Shown here piece after piece: positions 35,803 to 47,060 of a stretch of 64,000 nucleotides of DNA. The notes under the pieces are model-generated. The model did no database searches and was not told the origin of the DNA. It worked only from the letters and a program-made list of their open reading frames with translations. The position numbers and the translations under genes were made by a program. Each line of letters opens with the position of its first letter. Position 1 is the first letter of the stretch. Source of the DNA: Mobula hypostoma (lineage: Eukaryota); contig NC_086097.1 in assembly GCF_963921235.1 (NCBI RefSeq), positions 227,480,001 to 227,544,000 of the forward strand. Direction: 5' to 3'.

Positions 35803-37407
35803 CAGGTTGGGGCCCCCCCCCCCCCCGCCATCCGAAGGCAGAGCATTCCTATGAAACGATTCGTAAGCCGGAATATCGTAAAGCGAAGAAGCAATTACCA
35901 TCTATTTATATGGGAAAATTTTGTGAGCGTTCGCAGACCCAAAAATAACCTACCAAATCATGCCAAATAACACACAAAACCTGAAATAACAGTAACATAT
36001 AGTAAAAGCAGGAATGATATGATAAATACACAGCCTATATAAAGTAGAAATACTTTTCCACAATCATTGCCTGAACTGTTCTCCGTAGCGAAAATCTCAC
36101 ACAAGCGCCGTCGGCAAAAACACGGCGCAAGCGCTCTCCAGTAACCTTTAAACTATGAAGCTGCCAAATCATACCAAATAACATGTAAAAATACACAGCC
36201 GATACAAAGTAGAAATAATGTATGTACAGTGTAGTATCACTTACGGAAATCGGGAAGACAGCACAGAGCACACTGATGGTGGTGTGTTGGACTGAGTCGT
36301 CAGAGTTTGGGTGGTGCACTTGCCCCCACCCTCCGGGCAGCAAACCGATACCGATCCGTGAAGCATGCAGGGGTGCAGCAGTAGCCGGGACGCATCCAAC
36401 ACATCTTTAAGAAAAAAGCCGAAATAAACATGCTAATTAATTAGGTGCCGCCCAGTATGTAATTGTCAGCCCAGATCAGAGGTGATTGCCGATTGCATCG
36501 CCTCTAATCTGGGCCGACATTTACGTGCCGGCTGGCGCCTAATTAATTAGCTTGTTTATTTTGGCTTTTTTTCTTAAAGATGTGCTGTGTGCCTCCCGGC
36601 TACCGCTGTACCCCTGCATGTTTCGCGGATCGGTACCTGTCCGCGACCCGGGGGCTGGGGTGGTGGGACACTGGGGTATCATCTCATCGTCGATCAGGGC
36701 AGGTAGGTCATCTTCTTCTATCTCTGCCTGCCTCGATGTCGAAGGTCGAGGTTCATCGTCTGCTGTGGCTGATGTGGAAGGCTTGCTTGACTGCTTAGCC
36801 TCACGCATTTTTCTATCCTACAGTTCTTTGTAAGCATTCAAACCATCTTGCAAATATCCCCTAAACCTACGTACCTTTTCAAAATTAAAGTCGTACTTTA
36901 TCATTACTCATTCGGTTTCGATTGGTATCCTTTCCTCTTCCAATTGCATCAGCTCTTCATCTATCAGTTCTTGGTCATGGGATGCCAAAACCTCTTCAAC
37001 ATCCTCTTCATCAACTTCCACAAGCCAAACTCACTTTGTCCTTACTTCGTTCACCATGATCAAAACGCTTAATTATGTCTAGTTTTACGCTAAGTGTAAC
37101 ACGCTTACGAGCTCTTTTAGGCTTTTCCGATACCTTAGAACTTATCTTGCAAACGGCTGCTCACAGGTATGTGTTAAAGCAATGCCGACTAGAATGCAGT
37201 CCTGAATCCAGGGGAGAGCGGCTGCTCGGGGCGCGAGCTGATTTTTATCGCACACTGATTTTTTCGCGTGCTGCCTTTTTTTATCGCGCACTGCTTTTCT
37301 TCGTAACAGTGAAAACACTTTCTGTTAGCCAAAACAGGGTACTAATGTAGGTCTTTCGTAACAGTGAGATTTCGTAAAGCGAACGTTCGAAAAGCGGGGG
37401 ACACCTG
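35803..37407 (-). mobile_element. Tigger/pogo-like DNA transposon, internally deleted
   Basis: TA|CAGGT...ACCTG|TA termini with subterminal tcgtaa repeats; minus-strand remnants EVDEEDVEEVLASHDQELIDEELMQLEEE and YLQDGLNAYKEL..RKMREAKQSS. Confidence 0.8.
36351..36633. repeat. Long imperfect palindrome (possible nested MITE)
   Basis: ~140 bp arms, ccgatccgtgaagcatgcagggg / cccctgcatgtttcgcggatcgg, centred near 36491 and TA-flanked. Confidence 0.85.
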
Positions 37408-37459
37408 TATACTCAGAAGTTTCTGCATTATTCAGTTTAGGATCCCATTTCAAATTTAA

Positions 37460-37750
37460 TTTTTATTTATTAACTGAGATAAGGTGCGGAATCGGCCCTA
37501 CCAGCCTTTCAAGCCATGCTGCCCAACAATCCCCCGATTTAATCCTAGTCTAATCACGGAACAAGTTACAATGACTATTTAGTCTACCGACCGGTACGCC
37601 TTTGACTGCGGGAGGAAATTGGTGTAACCAGAGGAAATCCACGTGGTCATGGGGAGAACCTGCAAACTCCTTACAGACAGCGGGGAGAATTGAACCCGGG
37701 TCCCCTGTACTGCAAAACGTTGTCCTAATTGCTGCACTACTGTGCTTTGT
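37460..37750 (-). mobile_element. tRNA-derived SINE (V-SINE-like)
   Basis: Reverse-complement B-box gaattgaacccggg and V-domain-like segment. Confidence 0.7.
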
Positions 37751-38080
37751 TGCTGCTTTTGAACTGTTTTTGCTATCAGTCTTTTATCATGAACAGAGAC
37801 TTTGGAGGATGTTGCTGTCAAGTCCAAGCATCTATACTGCACATGGTTTTGTACTGAAAATCTATGTTGCAATTGACTGGTTCACCACTCGCCTTAACTT
37901 AATAAGCCTGTGGTCTTTAGAATTTATACTAAAGAAGTTATCTCTTTAAAACAAATGTGAATCTGAGGATATTTGATAGACTAATAATCGCTGTGTGGAT
38001 GTAGCCTTACTGTGAGTGTCTGGAATAAATGGACTCATCCTGGTGTTCAAAACAAGGTACAATCTTTCTTTCATTCAGCT

Positions 38081-38268
38081 TGTAGGCTTTTGCAAATAAA
38101 ACGAACCCGTAATGCGTTTTATTGAACTCCAGAACCGAAAAACCAAAGTGCGCTAAAACTCTTTATATAATAACATCATCACGTCAGAGCAGCCTCTTAA
38201 AATGAAACGCCAAGTCAATGTCAGTGGTTGTGAATTATGTACTATTTTCCCGTTACCTTACACAGCGC
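38081..38268 (-). repeat. 3' LTR of Gypsy element
   Basis: Direct repeat of 42550-42762; adjacent G-rich tract on the minus strand (38269-38290). Confidence 0.8.
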
Positions 38269-38299
38269 GCCCCACACCACCCCACTCCCGCCCAAGAAT

Positions 38300-41200
38300 T
38301 CATTGGCATTGTGAGCCTGTCTGGAGTTTGAATGAGCCGCCCAGCTCGGGTCCTGTGTTCCACCGATGCAGGAACAGCAGGTGCCTGTGGCTTGTCCAGA
38401 ACTGCGTTGACATGCCCGTGGTCATGTCGTGATGGTTGGAGCTTGGCAGTGGAATACTCCAAATCTTGATGGGCCGCTTTAAGGCGAGCTACTGAAATAT
38501 GATCAGGTTCACCGTTCTTATCTGTATAAAAGCCTTTTTCTCCCTGTTCTAAAATGCGGAACGAGCCATCGAAAGGAGACCTAAGGGGATGTTGGTAAAC
38601 ATCATAGCAGACAAAAACAAATGAGGCAGGATGTAGGTCGACAGGAACCCAAAGGTGCTGTACGCCATGATGGGAGGTAGGAATGGGTGAAAAGGAATTG
38701 AATTTACTGAGGAAATTGAATTTACTGAGAACACTGTTGAGAGGAACCAGGCAGTCATGGCGTCAGAAATGGAATCACCTGGCACTAGTAATGGCTGCCC
38801 ATGGACCAACTCAGCCGCGGGCGACTGCAGGTCCTCTTTTGGAGCTGTTCTGAGCCCCTGCAAGACCCACAGGAAATGATCAAGCCCTCAGAGCTGCCTT
38901 TGAGGAGCAGTGAAACTGCTCGCACAGGCCATTGGGCTGTGGGTGATACACCATGATGTGATGTAGCCTAATGCCGAGGCTCTGGGCCGTCGCAGCCCAG
39001 AGGTCTGATGTGAATTGGAGACTGCGGTCAGAGAAGATATCAGATGGGGTGCTGAACCGAGCAATCCAAGCACTGATGAATGCCCGAGCCACGCCTGCAG
39101 CTGTCGATGATGCTAGAGGAATGACCTCTGGCCACCTGGTGGAACAAGGAGATGCATGAAACCGCGGGAGGGGAGAAGAGGACCAAGAAGGTCCACATTG
39201 ACGTGGTCAAACCGTCACTTAGGGACCTCAAAAGGTGCCAATGGCACCTGAACATGGCATTTAACTTTTGCCCGCTGGTGCTCCACACAAGCTGCAGTCC
39301 ATTCATGCCTGTCCTTTCTGAGACCATGCCAAACAAACTGCAGTGCAACCAGTTTCTGTGAGGCCTTCCGGCCCGGTTGCAAGAGGCCTTGTATAGAGTT
39401 CAAAACAGTCTATCTCCAGTTTGCGGGCAAGGAAGATGAGTTGAGAAAATGCACAGAATAGAAACCCCAGCTTCCCCAAACTTAATGTTAGTCAACCACG
39501 GGCCCATGACTGCTGTTCGGTAAGCTTGGATCTCTGGGTCACTAATTTGGTTGGCTACCATGCCAGCATCGTCAACCCTTACGTGCACATCGTGGCTGGC
39601 CGTGAGAGGCAGTCAGCCACGACATTATTTTTTCCCCATGGTATGTTATATAACCATTGTGAACTTGGATATGCAGGCCAGGTGGTGTTGCTGCTGTGCA
39701 GACCAAGGCTCTGATATTTTGGCCATTGTGTGCACGAGGGGTTTGTGGTCAATGAATGCTGTGAAATAGCGAGCCTCTGGAAGAATACAAAAGTAGTGGA
39801 CAGCCGGATAGAGACCGAGAAGCTCACGGTCAAACGCGCTGTACTTCCTTTTGGGGGGATGGAGCTGCCAGCTGAAGAAGGTGAGTGACTGCCACACGTC
39901 TCAACCAACTGTTTAAGCACAGCACCCACAGCATGGTCTGAGGCGTCAGTAGTAATGGCTATGGGCAGCAGTAGGGTTGCGTTAGAAAGAACCTGCTTGG
40001 TATCATCAAATGTCCTGGTCATGTTCACTGACCAGTGAAGCAGTAGATTAGGGCTATTGCCTTTAAGCACACTATACACAGGGAGCATAAGTTCAGCAGC
40101 TCGTGGAATGAAGTGGTGACAGAAATTCACCATGCCTGAAAACTCCTGTAGCTTTTCAGTAGTCGCTACTTTTGATGGGAGGGGTTTCACACCCTCTGTG
40201 GAGATGCGATGGTCGAGAATGTCAATGGTTGACGACACAAGCTGGCCTTTAGCAGGGTTAATAATCAACCCGTTGATGGCTTAAGTGCTCGAAAAATGTG
40301 TGGAGATGAGATACGTGTTTGGATTTGGACTCACACTGGTGACCAGTATGCTATCCATGTAAACAAAAAGAAAATCGAAGTCTTTTAATACAGAGTCCAT
40401 CAGCTGTTGGAAAGTCTGTGCTCCATTTTCCAGTCCAAATGGCATGCACAGAAACTCAGAAAGGCCAAACGGGGTTATCACTGCCATTTTTGGAATGTCC
40501 CCCGAGCACACAGGCACCTGATCGTAGCCCCTAACTCTGGGAAAAAAATTACCTTTCCTGCTAAATGTGCCGAAAAGACTTGGATGTGTGGGCCGGGTAA
40601 TAATTGGGGATGGCGGCCCCATTGAGGTGCCTGTAATTCCCATCAGCAACTACCATCAGACTTAGGGACCACATGGAGGGGTGAAGCCCAGGGGGTTATT
40701 TGACTGGCGTACAATGGGAATCTTACCATGTTGGCAAACTAATCCTTCATGGTTGCCTGTTTTTCTGGGTCCAGTCTACAAGGGCTTGGCGGGCCATTTG
40801 TGGGAACATGGTGCTTGACCCCATATTTTGTGACTGTAGTGGTGAATGTGGGCTTTGTGAGGTCTGGGAATTTACCTAGCAATCGATAAACTCACATGCG
40901 GTGGTTATTTCCTTGACAGAGTCGTTTTGGGGAGCTTGCGGGGATGGGGCGGGGCGCGCAGGGTAATGACCCAAATTCCTTGACATCCACAAGCCAGCAG
41001 TTCTTAAGATGGATTAATAATTCTTGGGCACACAGGAAATCTGCACCAAGCGGAGGTCTAGCCACCTTAGCCAGGACGAAGTCCCAAGTGTAACATCGCC
41101 CACTGAAGCAGAGTGTCACCTGGTGTGTCCTGTAAATCTGGATCTTACTGTCATTGGTGGGCTCCAGCGAAGTTTTGTCACTCTTTGCCTTCTCGTCAAT

Positions 41201-41300
41201 AGGTGACGCTGGCAGTACACTCACTTGTGCACCCATGTCGCCCTGGAAGGGTGCCTGTAATGAACAGTAGAGGACGCTGGCATCTGGAACCCACAGTGTT
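38300..41300 (-). pseudogene. Gypsy pol pseudogene (protease, RT, RNase H, integrase)
   Basis: GAQVSVLP; DIPKMAVITPFGLSEFLCMPFGLEN..QTFQ...FVYMDSIL; TTDASDHAVGAVL, YSAFDRELL; DRSLQFTSDLW, YHPQPNGLCEQFH. Confidence 0.92.
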
Positions 41301-41365
41301 CACAGACCTCTGATGTCCCAATACGCTGGCAAAGTGGTCGGCACTTCCTAGCGTTCGTACCAAAG

Positions 41366-41926
41366 TGTTCGTCCATCGTCGACGTCAATGAGGGCCTCGA
41401 CACCATTATGATGGTGTCGAGACTAGCGCGTGGTTTGGATTTAAGTGAGGGAGAGTTGCGCAGCGTCAGCCTCACTCTCTCTTCCCAATTCCCATCTGGA
41501 TCCAGTGGCAAGACAGAGTCGAGACAGCTGGAGATGGGACTAGGCGCAGTGGATGACCAGGACGTCTTCTATGTCTTATCCTGCTCTACACGTTCCACGA
41601 AGCTTGCAGAGACCGCCTTCTTGACCGTTGGACCTTCCATTGGTCTCATCCACTCAATCCGCCGGAGTCTGTCTTCACATGGTGGGATAGACAACTCCTT
41701 ATCTCACCAAGGGTTTGAGATCCGTCGGCTACCCTCACCTGGTTTAGCCGGCTTGTTGAAGCCATTGCCCGGGGTGTGGCCGCTGTCACATACAAACAGC
41801 TACGGGGAGCCACAGGTGAGAGCTGAGTGCCAGGTGGGGACCAAAGGTGGACTAACCGCCTTGAAAAGGATGCGACATGTTCCCCCACAAGAGGTGCTAC
41901 CCCTCCCTGACACCCCATACACCCCA
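41366..41926 (-). mobile_element. ORF-less RTE-type non-autonomous retroelement inserted in Gypsy gag
   Basis: 7-bp TSD accaaag at 41359-41365 and 41927-41933; splits the gag Cys-His motif (FYHTLFG / FGTNARKCRPLC); 3' hairpin ctcgacaccat..atggtgtcgag; RTE assignment from recalled UTR similarity only. Confidence 0.7.
41732..41925 (-). ncRNA. Candidate HDV-like self-cleaving ribozyme
   Basis: P1 GGGGUGU/ACACCCC, P2 CUCACCUG/CAGGUGAG, P3 GGC/GCC, L3 UCCCC with GGG for P1.1, P4 GGCUU/AAGCC, J4/2 GGCUAA, in the canonical order. Confidence 0.6.
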
Positions 41927-41933
41927 ACCAAAG

Positions 41934-42516
41934 AGAGTGTGGTAAAAACGCAGACCTGGCGTTGTCTGTTTCACAGCTACTGGTGTCCTTATCTTGGAGG
42001 CCTTACTGACCAGTCTTATTGTGGTAGATAAAGGAGCAGAAATGATGCACCGCTGCCTAGCTGAGTGTAGACTATCAGCCATCTTAGCAAGCTCCCTATG
42101 GTCCTTCACAGGTGTATTAGTAAAGGCTATGCAAACTTGATCAGGCATTTGCTGCATGAAGCGTTCTTTAAAAATAAATCAAGAATGGTGATTTTCCAGG
42201 AGGGATGGCATTTGATCCATTAACTCTGCAGGCTTACCACTGCCAAGACCGGGTAAGGAGAGCAGCTGTTTGGCGCGCTAAGACACCGATAGTCCAGAAG
42301 TCTGTAAGGAGTGAGTTTTCAGCGATCGGTATTTATCATGTTTAGGCGGGTGTTCAAGCAGACTCACCACTCTCACAGATGCTACCACACAGTAGAATTT
42401 GGAGTCATCGGCAGATATTTCTCGCACAGCGAACGGGGCATCAGCTTGTGCAAACCAAGCAAGGCATTTTGCTTCCAAAACTCTGGCAGTTTCAGAGTGA
42501 CTGCGTTGGCTGACAT
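41934..42516 (-). pseudogene. Gypsy gag pseudogene
   Basis: MSANAVTLKLPEFWKQN..AWFAQA...DDSKFYCVVAS; QQMPDQV...LAKMADSL. Confidence 0.85.
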
Positions 42517-42549
42517 GTTCAACAATTCTGGAACCATCAGGGCCACCAA

Positions 42550-42762
42550 TGTACATTTCTGCAAATAAAACAAAGTGAGGCATGTTATGCTTAATGAAAC
42601 CTGTAACATATTTTATTGAACTCCAAAATCTAAACACCAAAGTGCACTAAAACCCTTTACATAATGACGCCATCATGTCAGACCAGCTACTTAATGCGAA
42701 GTCCCAACTCAATGTTGGTGGTAATGAGTTATGTACATTTCTCCCAGTTACATTACCCGACA
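42550..42762 (-). repeat. 5' LTR of Gypsy element
   Basis: TG...CA termini; followed on the minus strand by tggtggccctgatg, resembling a tRNA-Trp PBS (TGGTGACCCCGACG). Confidence 0.8.
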
Positions 42763-42824
42763 AGCTTCATAATTATAAATGTTTTCTCAGTAGATGTAGT
42801 TTCTAATTATGGCAATAGAAATAT

Positions 42825-43480
42825 GCATTCCCACATTTCAGAGATAGAGAGGGTCAGTAACTTTAAATTCCTGCATGACACTATCTCAGAGGGCCTGCCC
42901 TGGACCCATCATATAAATATAATTGCGAAGAAAGCATGACAGCGCCTGTACTTCCTCAGGAATCTGTGGAGATTCGGCATACATCAAAAACCTTGGCAAA
43001 CTTCTATAGATGTGGGGAGGGAAGTGTGCTGACTGGCTGCATTACAGCCTGGTATGGGAACACCAATACCTTTGAGAGGAAAATCCTACAAACGCTAGTG
43101 GATTTGGACTAGTTCATCATCAAAGACCCTCACCACCCAGGCTATGTTCTTTTCTCGCTGCTGAAGGTACAAGTGCCTCAGGATAGTTACCACCCCTTAA
43201 CCACCAGGATCTTGAACAAAAGGGGATAACTACACTCATTCTACTTCTGGTCTTCCCACAACTGATGGTCTCACTTTATGAACTCTTTATCTTGTTATTT
43301 CATGCTTGTTATTTATTGCTATTTACTTATCTCTGAATTTGCACAGTTTGTTTCCATTGATACAGTTTACAGTTACTGTTCTATAGATTTGCTAAGAATG
43401 CCCACGGGAAAAGAATCTCAGGGTTGTATGTGGTGACATGTACAGTATGCATTCTGATAATAAATTTTACTTTGAACTTT
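42825..43480 (+). mobile_element. Rex1/Babar 3' fragment
   Basis: IERVSNFKFL..TISE.L.W..HI..IAKKA; LTGCITAWYGN; aataaa...tttgaacttt tail. Confidence 0.85.
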
Positions 43481-43746
43481 TAAAACTAATTAATCTGTTG
43501 AACCGCCATTTCCACTAGGGTCAATAGTTCTTGAAAAGTAAACATCTATCTGTTATTAGTTTATAACAAAATAGACGAGAGTTTATTTAGCGAGGGAAAT
43601 ATGTTTTCTAACAGTATTGTTGTTCAATATAATTATGAGTTACGAACAGCATGGGGTCATTTTAACTAGAGGATAATATAAACAAATCCAGAAAGGCAGT
43701 TTGAAATACTTCCTCCCAATTTTCATTTCATATTGGAAAAAATATA

Positions 43747-45367
43747 TACTCAGTGGCCACTTTATTAGGTACACTTGTACCCCTGCTTGTTAATACAAGT
43801 ATCTAATCAGCCAATCATGTGGCAGCAACTCAATGCATAAAAGCTTGCAGGCATGGTCAAGAGGTTCCATTATTGTTTATATCAAACATCAGGATGGGAA
43901 AGAAATGAGACCTAAGTGACTTTTACCATGGAATGAATGTTGGTGCCATTTGAGGTGGTTTGAGTATCTCAGAAACTGTGGATCTCCTGGGATTTTCACA
44001 CACAATCAGAATCAGAATCAGGTTTATTATCACCGCCATGTGACGTGAAATTTGTTATTAGCAGCAGCAGTTCAATGCAATACATAATTTAGAAAAAAAA
44101 TAAGCAAATCAATTACAATATACGTATCTCTAGTGTCTAAAGGTTCAATATCCATTTAGGAATCGGATGGCAGAGGGGAAGAAGCTGTTCCTGAATCACT
44201 GAGTGTGTGCCTTCAGGCTTCTGTATCTCCTACCTGATGGTAACAGTGAGAAAAGGGCATTCCCTGGGTGCTGGAGGTCCTTAATAATGGACGCTACCTT
44301 TCTGAGACACCACTCTCTGAAGATGTCCCGGATACTTTGCAGGCTAGCACCCAAGATGGAGCTGACTAGATTTACAACCTTCTGCAGCTTCTTTGCAGTA
44401 GCCCCTCCATACCAGACAGTGATGCAGCCTGTCAGAATGCTCTCCATGGTACAACTATAGAAGTTTTTGAGTGTATTTGTTGACATACCAAATCTCTTCA
44501 AACTCCTAATGAAGTATAGCCACTGTCTTGCCTTCTTTATAACTGCATCTATATGTTGGGATCAAGTTAGATCCTCAGAGGTCTTGACACCCAGGAACTT
44601 AAAACTGCTCACTCTCTCCACTTCTGATCCCTCTATGAGGATTGGTATGTCTTTCTTTGTCTTACCCTTCCTGAAGTCCACAATCATCTCTTCCGTCTTA
44701 CTGACGTTGAGTGCCAGTTTGTTGCTGCAGCACCACTCCACCAGTTGGCATATCTCACTCCTGTATGCCCTCTCGTCACCACCTGAGATTCTACCAACAA
44801 TGGCTGTATCGTCAGCAGATTTATAGATGGTACTTGAGCTACACCTAGCCACACAGTCATGTGTATATAGAGAGTAGAGCAGTGGGCTAAGCACAGACCC
44901 CTGAGGTGCACCAGTGTTGATCATGAGCAAGGAGGATATGTTATCACCAATCTGCACAGATTTTGGTCTTTCGGGTAGGAACTTGAGGATCCAATTGCAG
45001 AGGGAGGTACAGGGCTCAGGTTCTGCAACTTCTCAATCAGGATTGTGGGAACAATGGTATTAAATACAAGTCTCTAGAGATTACAGCGAACGGTGCAAAA
45101 AACAAAAAATGGGTTCGATGGGCAAAAATACCTTGATATTGACAGAGGTTAGAGGAGAATGGCTTGACTGGTAGTTCAAGCTGACAGGAAAGTGACAGTA
45201 ACTCAAATAACCATGTATTACAACAGCGGTGTGCATAAAAGCATCTCCGAATGCACAACACAATGAAACTTGAAATTGATGGGCTACAGCAGCAGAAGAC
45301 CATGAACATACACCCAGTTGGCACTTTATTTTGTACAGGAGGTGCTGAATTAAGTAGCCACTGGGTA
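43747..45367 (+). mobile_element. Tc1-like non-autonomous deletion derivative, interrupted by Rex1
   Basis: TIRs tactcagtggccactttatt / aattaagtagccactgggta; transposase N-terminus (MGKK.DLSDF..GM.VGA...GLSISET.DLLGFS) resumes at ~45066. Confidence 0.8.
44005..45065 (-). mobile_element. Rex1/Babar LINE, 5'-truncated
   Basis: [48 protein letters not shown]; (ctgatt)n tail. Confidence 0.92.
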
Positions 45368-46044
45368 TATAAAGACCATGTCATCTGTCATTGCATCTTA
45401 TACGGCACTTTCGAAGACAAAATGATCCCTAGGAAGCTCAACTTATTAATATGCAATATACATAAAATATAAATGTACCACTAAATTTAATTTCATTGCT
45501 TGGGATAATGCATGATTAAGTTGGCAACAATGGATTATTATAAAAAGAAACTAGGTTAGAGCATCTTGTTATTGTAATAAACTTTAATACAAATGAATAG
45601 TCATAGCAACTATCTTCATCACAACATGGTAATGTGAAAACCCGCTGCCACTGTATGTATTAGCTTTGTTTTTGCAACATTCATTGAATCAACAAAACTA
45701 GAATCAAGGATCCTTCATTGTAGATGGCATGTGTAAAATTATGAGGGCCCCAGAAAGCTGAAGGATCAAAAACTATGAGGCATGCACGAGGAAATTAGGC
45801 ATTTATTTTTCAACCAAAGGGAAGGATGGGTGTGGAGCTCAGAGTCTGAAAGATAGTGGAAACAGAATTATTCATCATACTTAGAAAGTGCCTGCATGCT
45901 TACTTGAAGATCTTCTTACCTGCAGGAGCTATGGGCAAGTAGTGAAAAAGAAAATTGACATTTCTTTTCTGACCCAACATGTTAATGATAAACTGAATAG
46001 CTTCCTTCTGTGTTATAAATTTTCTATGATTCTATGGAGATATT

Positions 46045-46449
46045 CCTTCTTCTTTCTTCCTTTACCTATTATGCCACTGGCGTTTAGGACAGCAATGAAG
46101 GTCCTCCATCTCTGATGGTGCTCATGGCTTCCTTTATTGTGTCAATAAATTTCTTTCAGCTTGCTGCCAGTCATGCATCTCCTGGGTGGAGACTCAGGAA
46201 TACTGTTGTACACAGATGCAGAAGGATTCTTCATAGCTGTTTCTGTAACAGTTTTGGGTGACCCGTCAGGATTATTAGCAATGAGCTGAACCTCGAACCT
46301 AGAGGATCGGTGAACCACTCTTACTTTGGTCTCTTACCTTTCATCTGTTTGGCATGGCTGACCATACCGGGAGCCAAAGCATAGCTCTCTGGGAAACTGA
46401 GGCTCACAGGCTTCCAAACCATGATGAGGTTTTCGTCCTCTTCGAGGGA
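46045..46449 (-). mobile_element. Second short RTE-type non-autonomous element
   Basis: Minus-strand 3' end tggaggaccttcattgctgtcctaaacgccagtggcataat plus (gaa)n tail (WRTFIA.L.A.G), joined to a non-coding leader. Confidence 0.55.
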
Positions 46450-46512
46450 AAATATTTCTTGCTGAAACACATATGAAAATAACTGCATAATTCATGTTTG
46501 TAATTTGGGATG

Positions 46513-47060
46513 TGTAGTTCCCTGGTTCATATTTTTACTGTTATGCTGTATGTATTTAACTTTGGCAGTTCTGTAAGAGCAGCTTGTTTTCAGCTCGCTC
46601 TGTTTTCAGCTTGTTTGGGTTGTTGTTGAAGATGAGCGGTGAGGAGAACTGTGTGCCATCCAATTAGGATGGTTGAGTTAAGGGGAGGTTTCTCTGGTGA
46701 GGGACACTAAGGTTGGACCGGGGGCATTTGTTCAAGAGGAGATGAAGAGGGAAGACGCAGGAGAGAAGAGGTCATAGGATTCAACCCGGAGTGGGACCAA
46801 GATTTGACGAAGCCAAGGGTGAGATCGATTGAGGATTGGTGACTATGGAGAAACTGTGAGCTCCAACTTGTGCACATTAGACTGTTTAATTAAAATGGGC
46901 CCTTTTCTTTTTTTTTCATTCTTTTCTTTACTAACCCTTTAGTCAAATTAGGCATCATAAAGATAACCTTTTAATCGTACGTGGTGTACTGTATTATTTT
47001 GTGGCACTAATTTGTAACAGGGTTAGTGGATTACACAGCATCCACACAAACATGGGGTTT
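46513..47060 (+). mobile_element. Possible solo LTR or LTR fragment
   Basis: Begins tgtagttccc; compositionally distinct block with CCAAT-like box and T-rich 3' part; no TSD confirmed. Confidence 0.35.

Larger units (their letters stand above)
38081..42762 (-). mobile_element. Gypsy LTR retrotransposon, full-length but decayed
   Basis: Two ~190-210 bp LTRs, 4-bp TSD agct (38077-38080, 42763-42766), PBS, purine tract, gag-PR-RT-RH-IN order. Confidence 0.92.

Noticed and set aside
41408..42031. 207-aa plus-strand ORF
   Set aside because: Antisense to the nested element and gag, crosses the insertion boundary, no motifs
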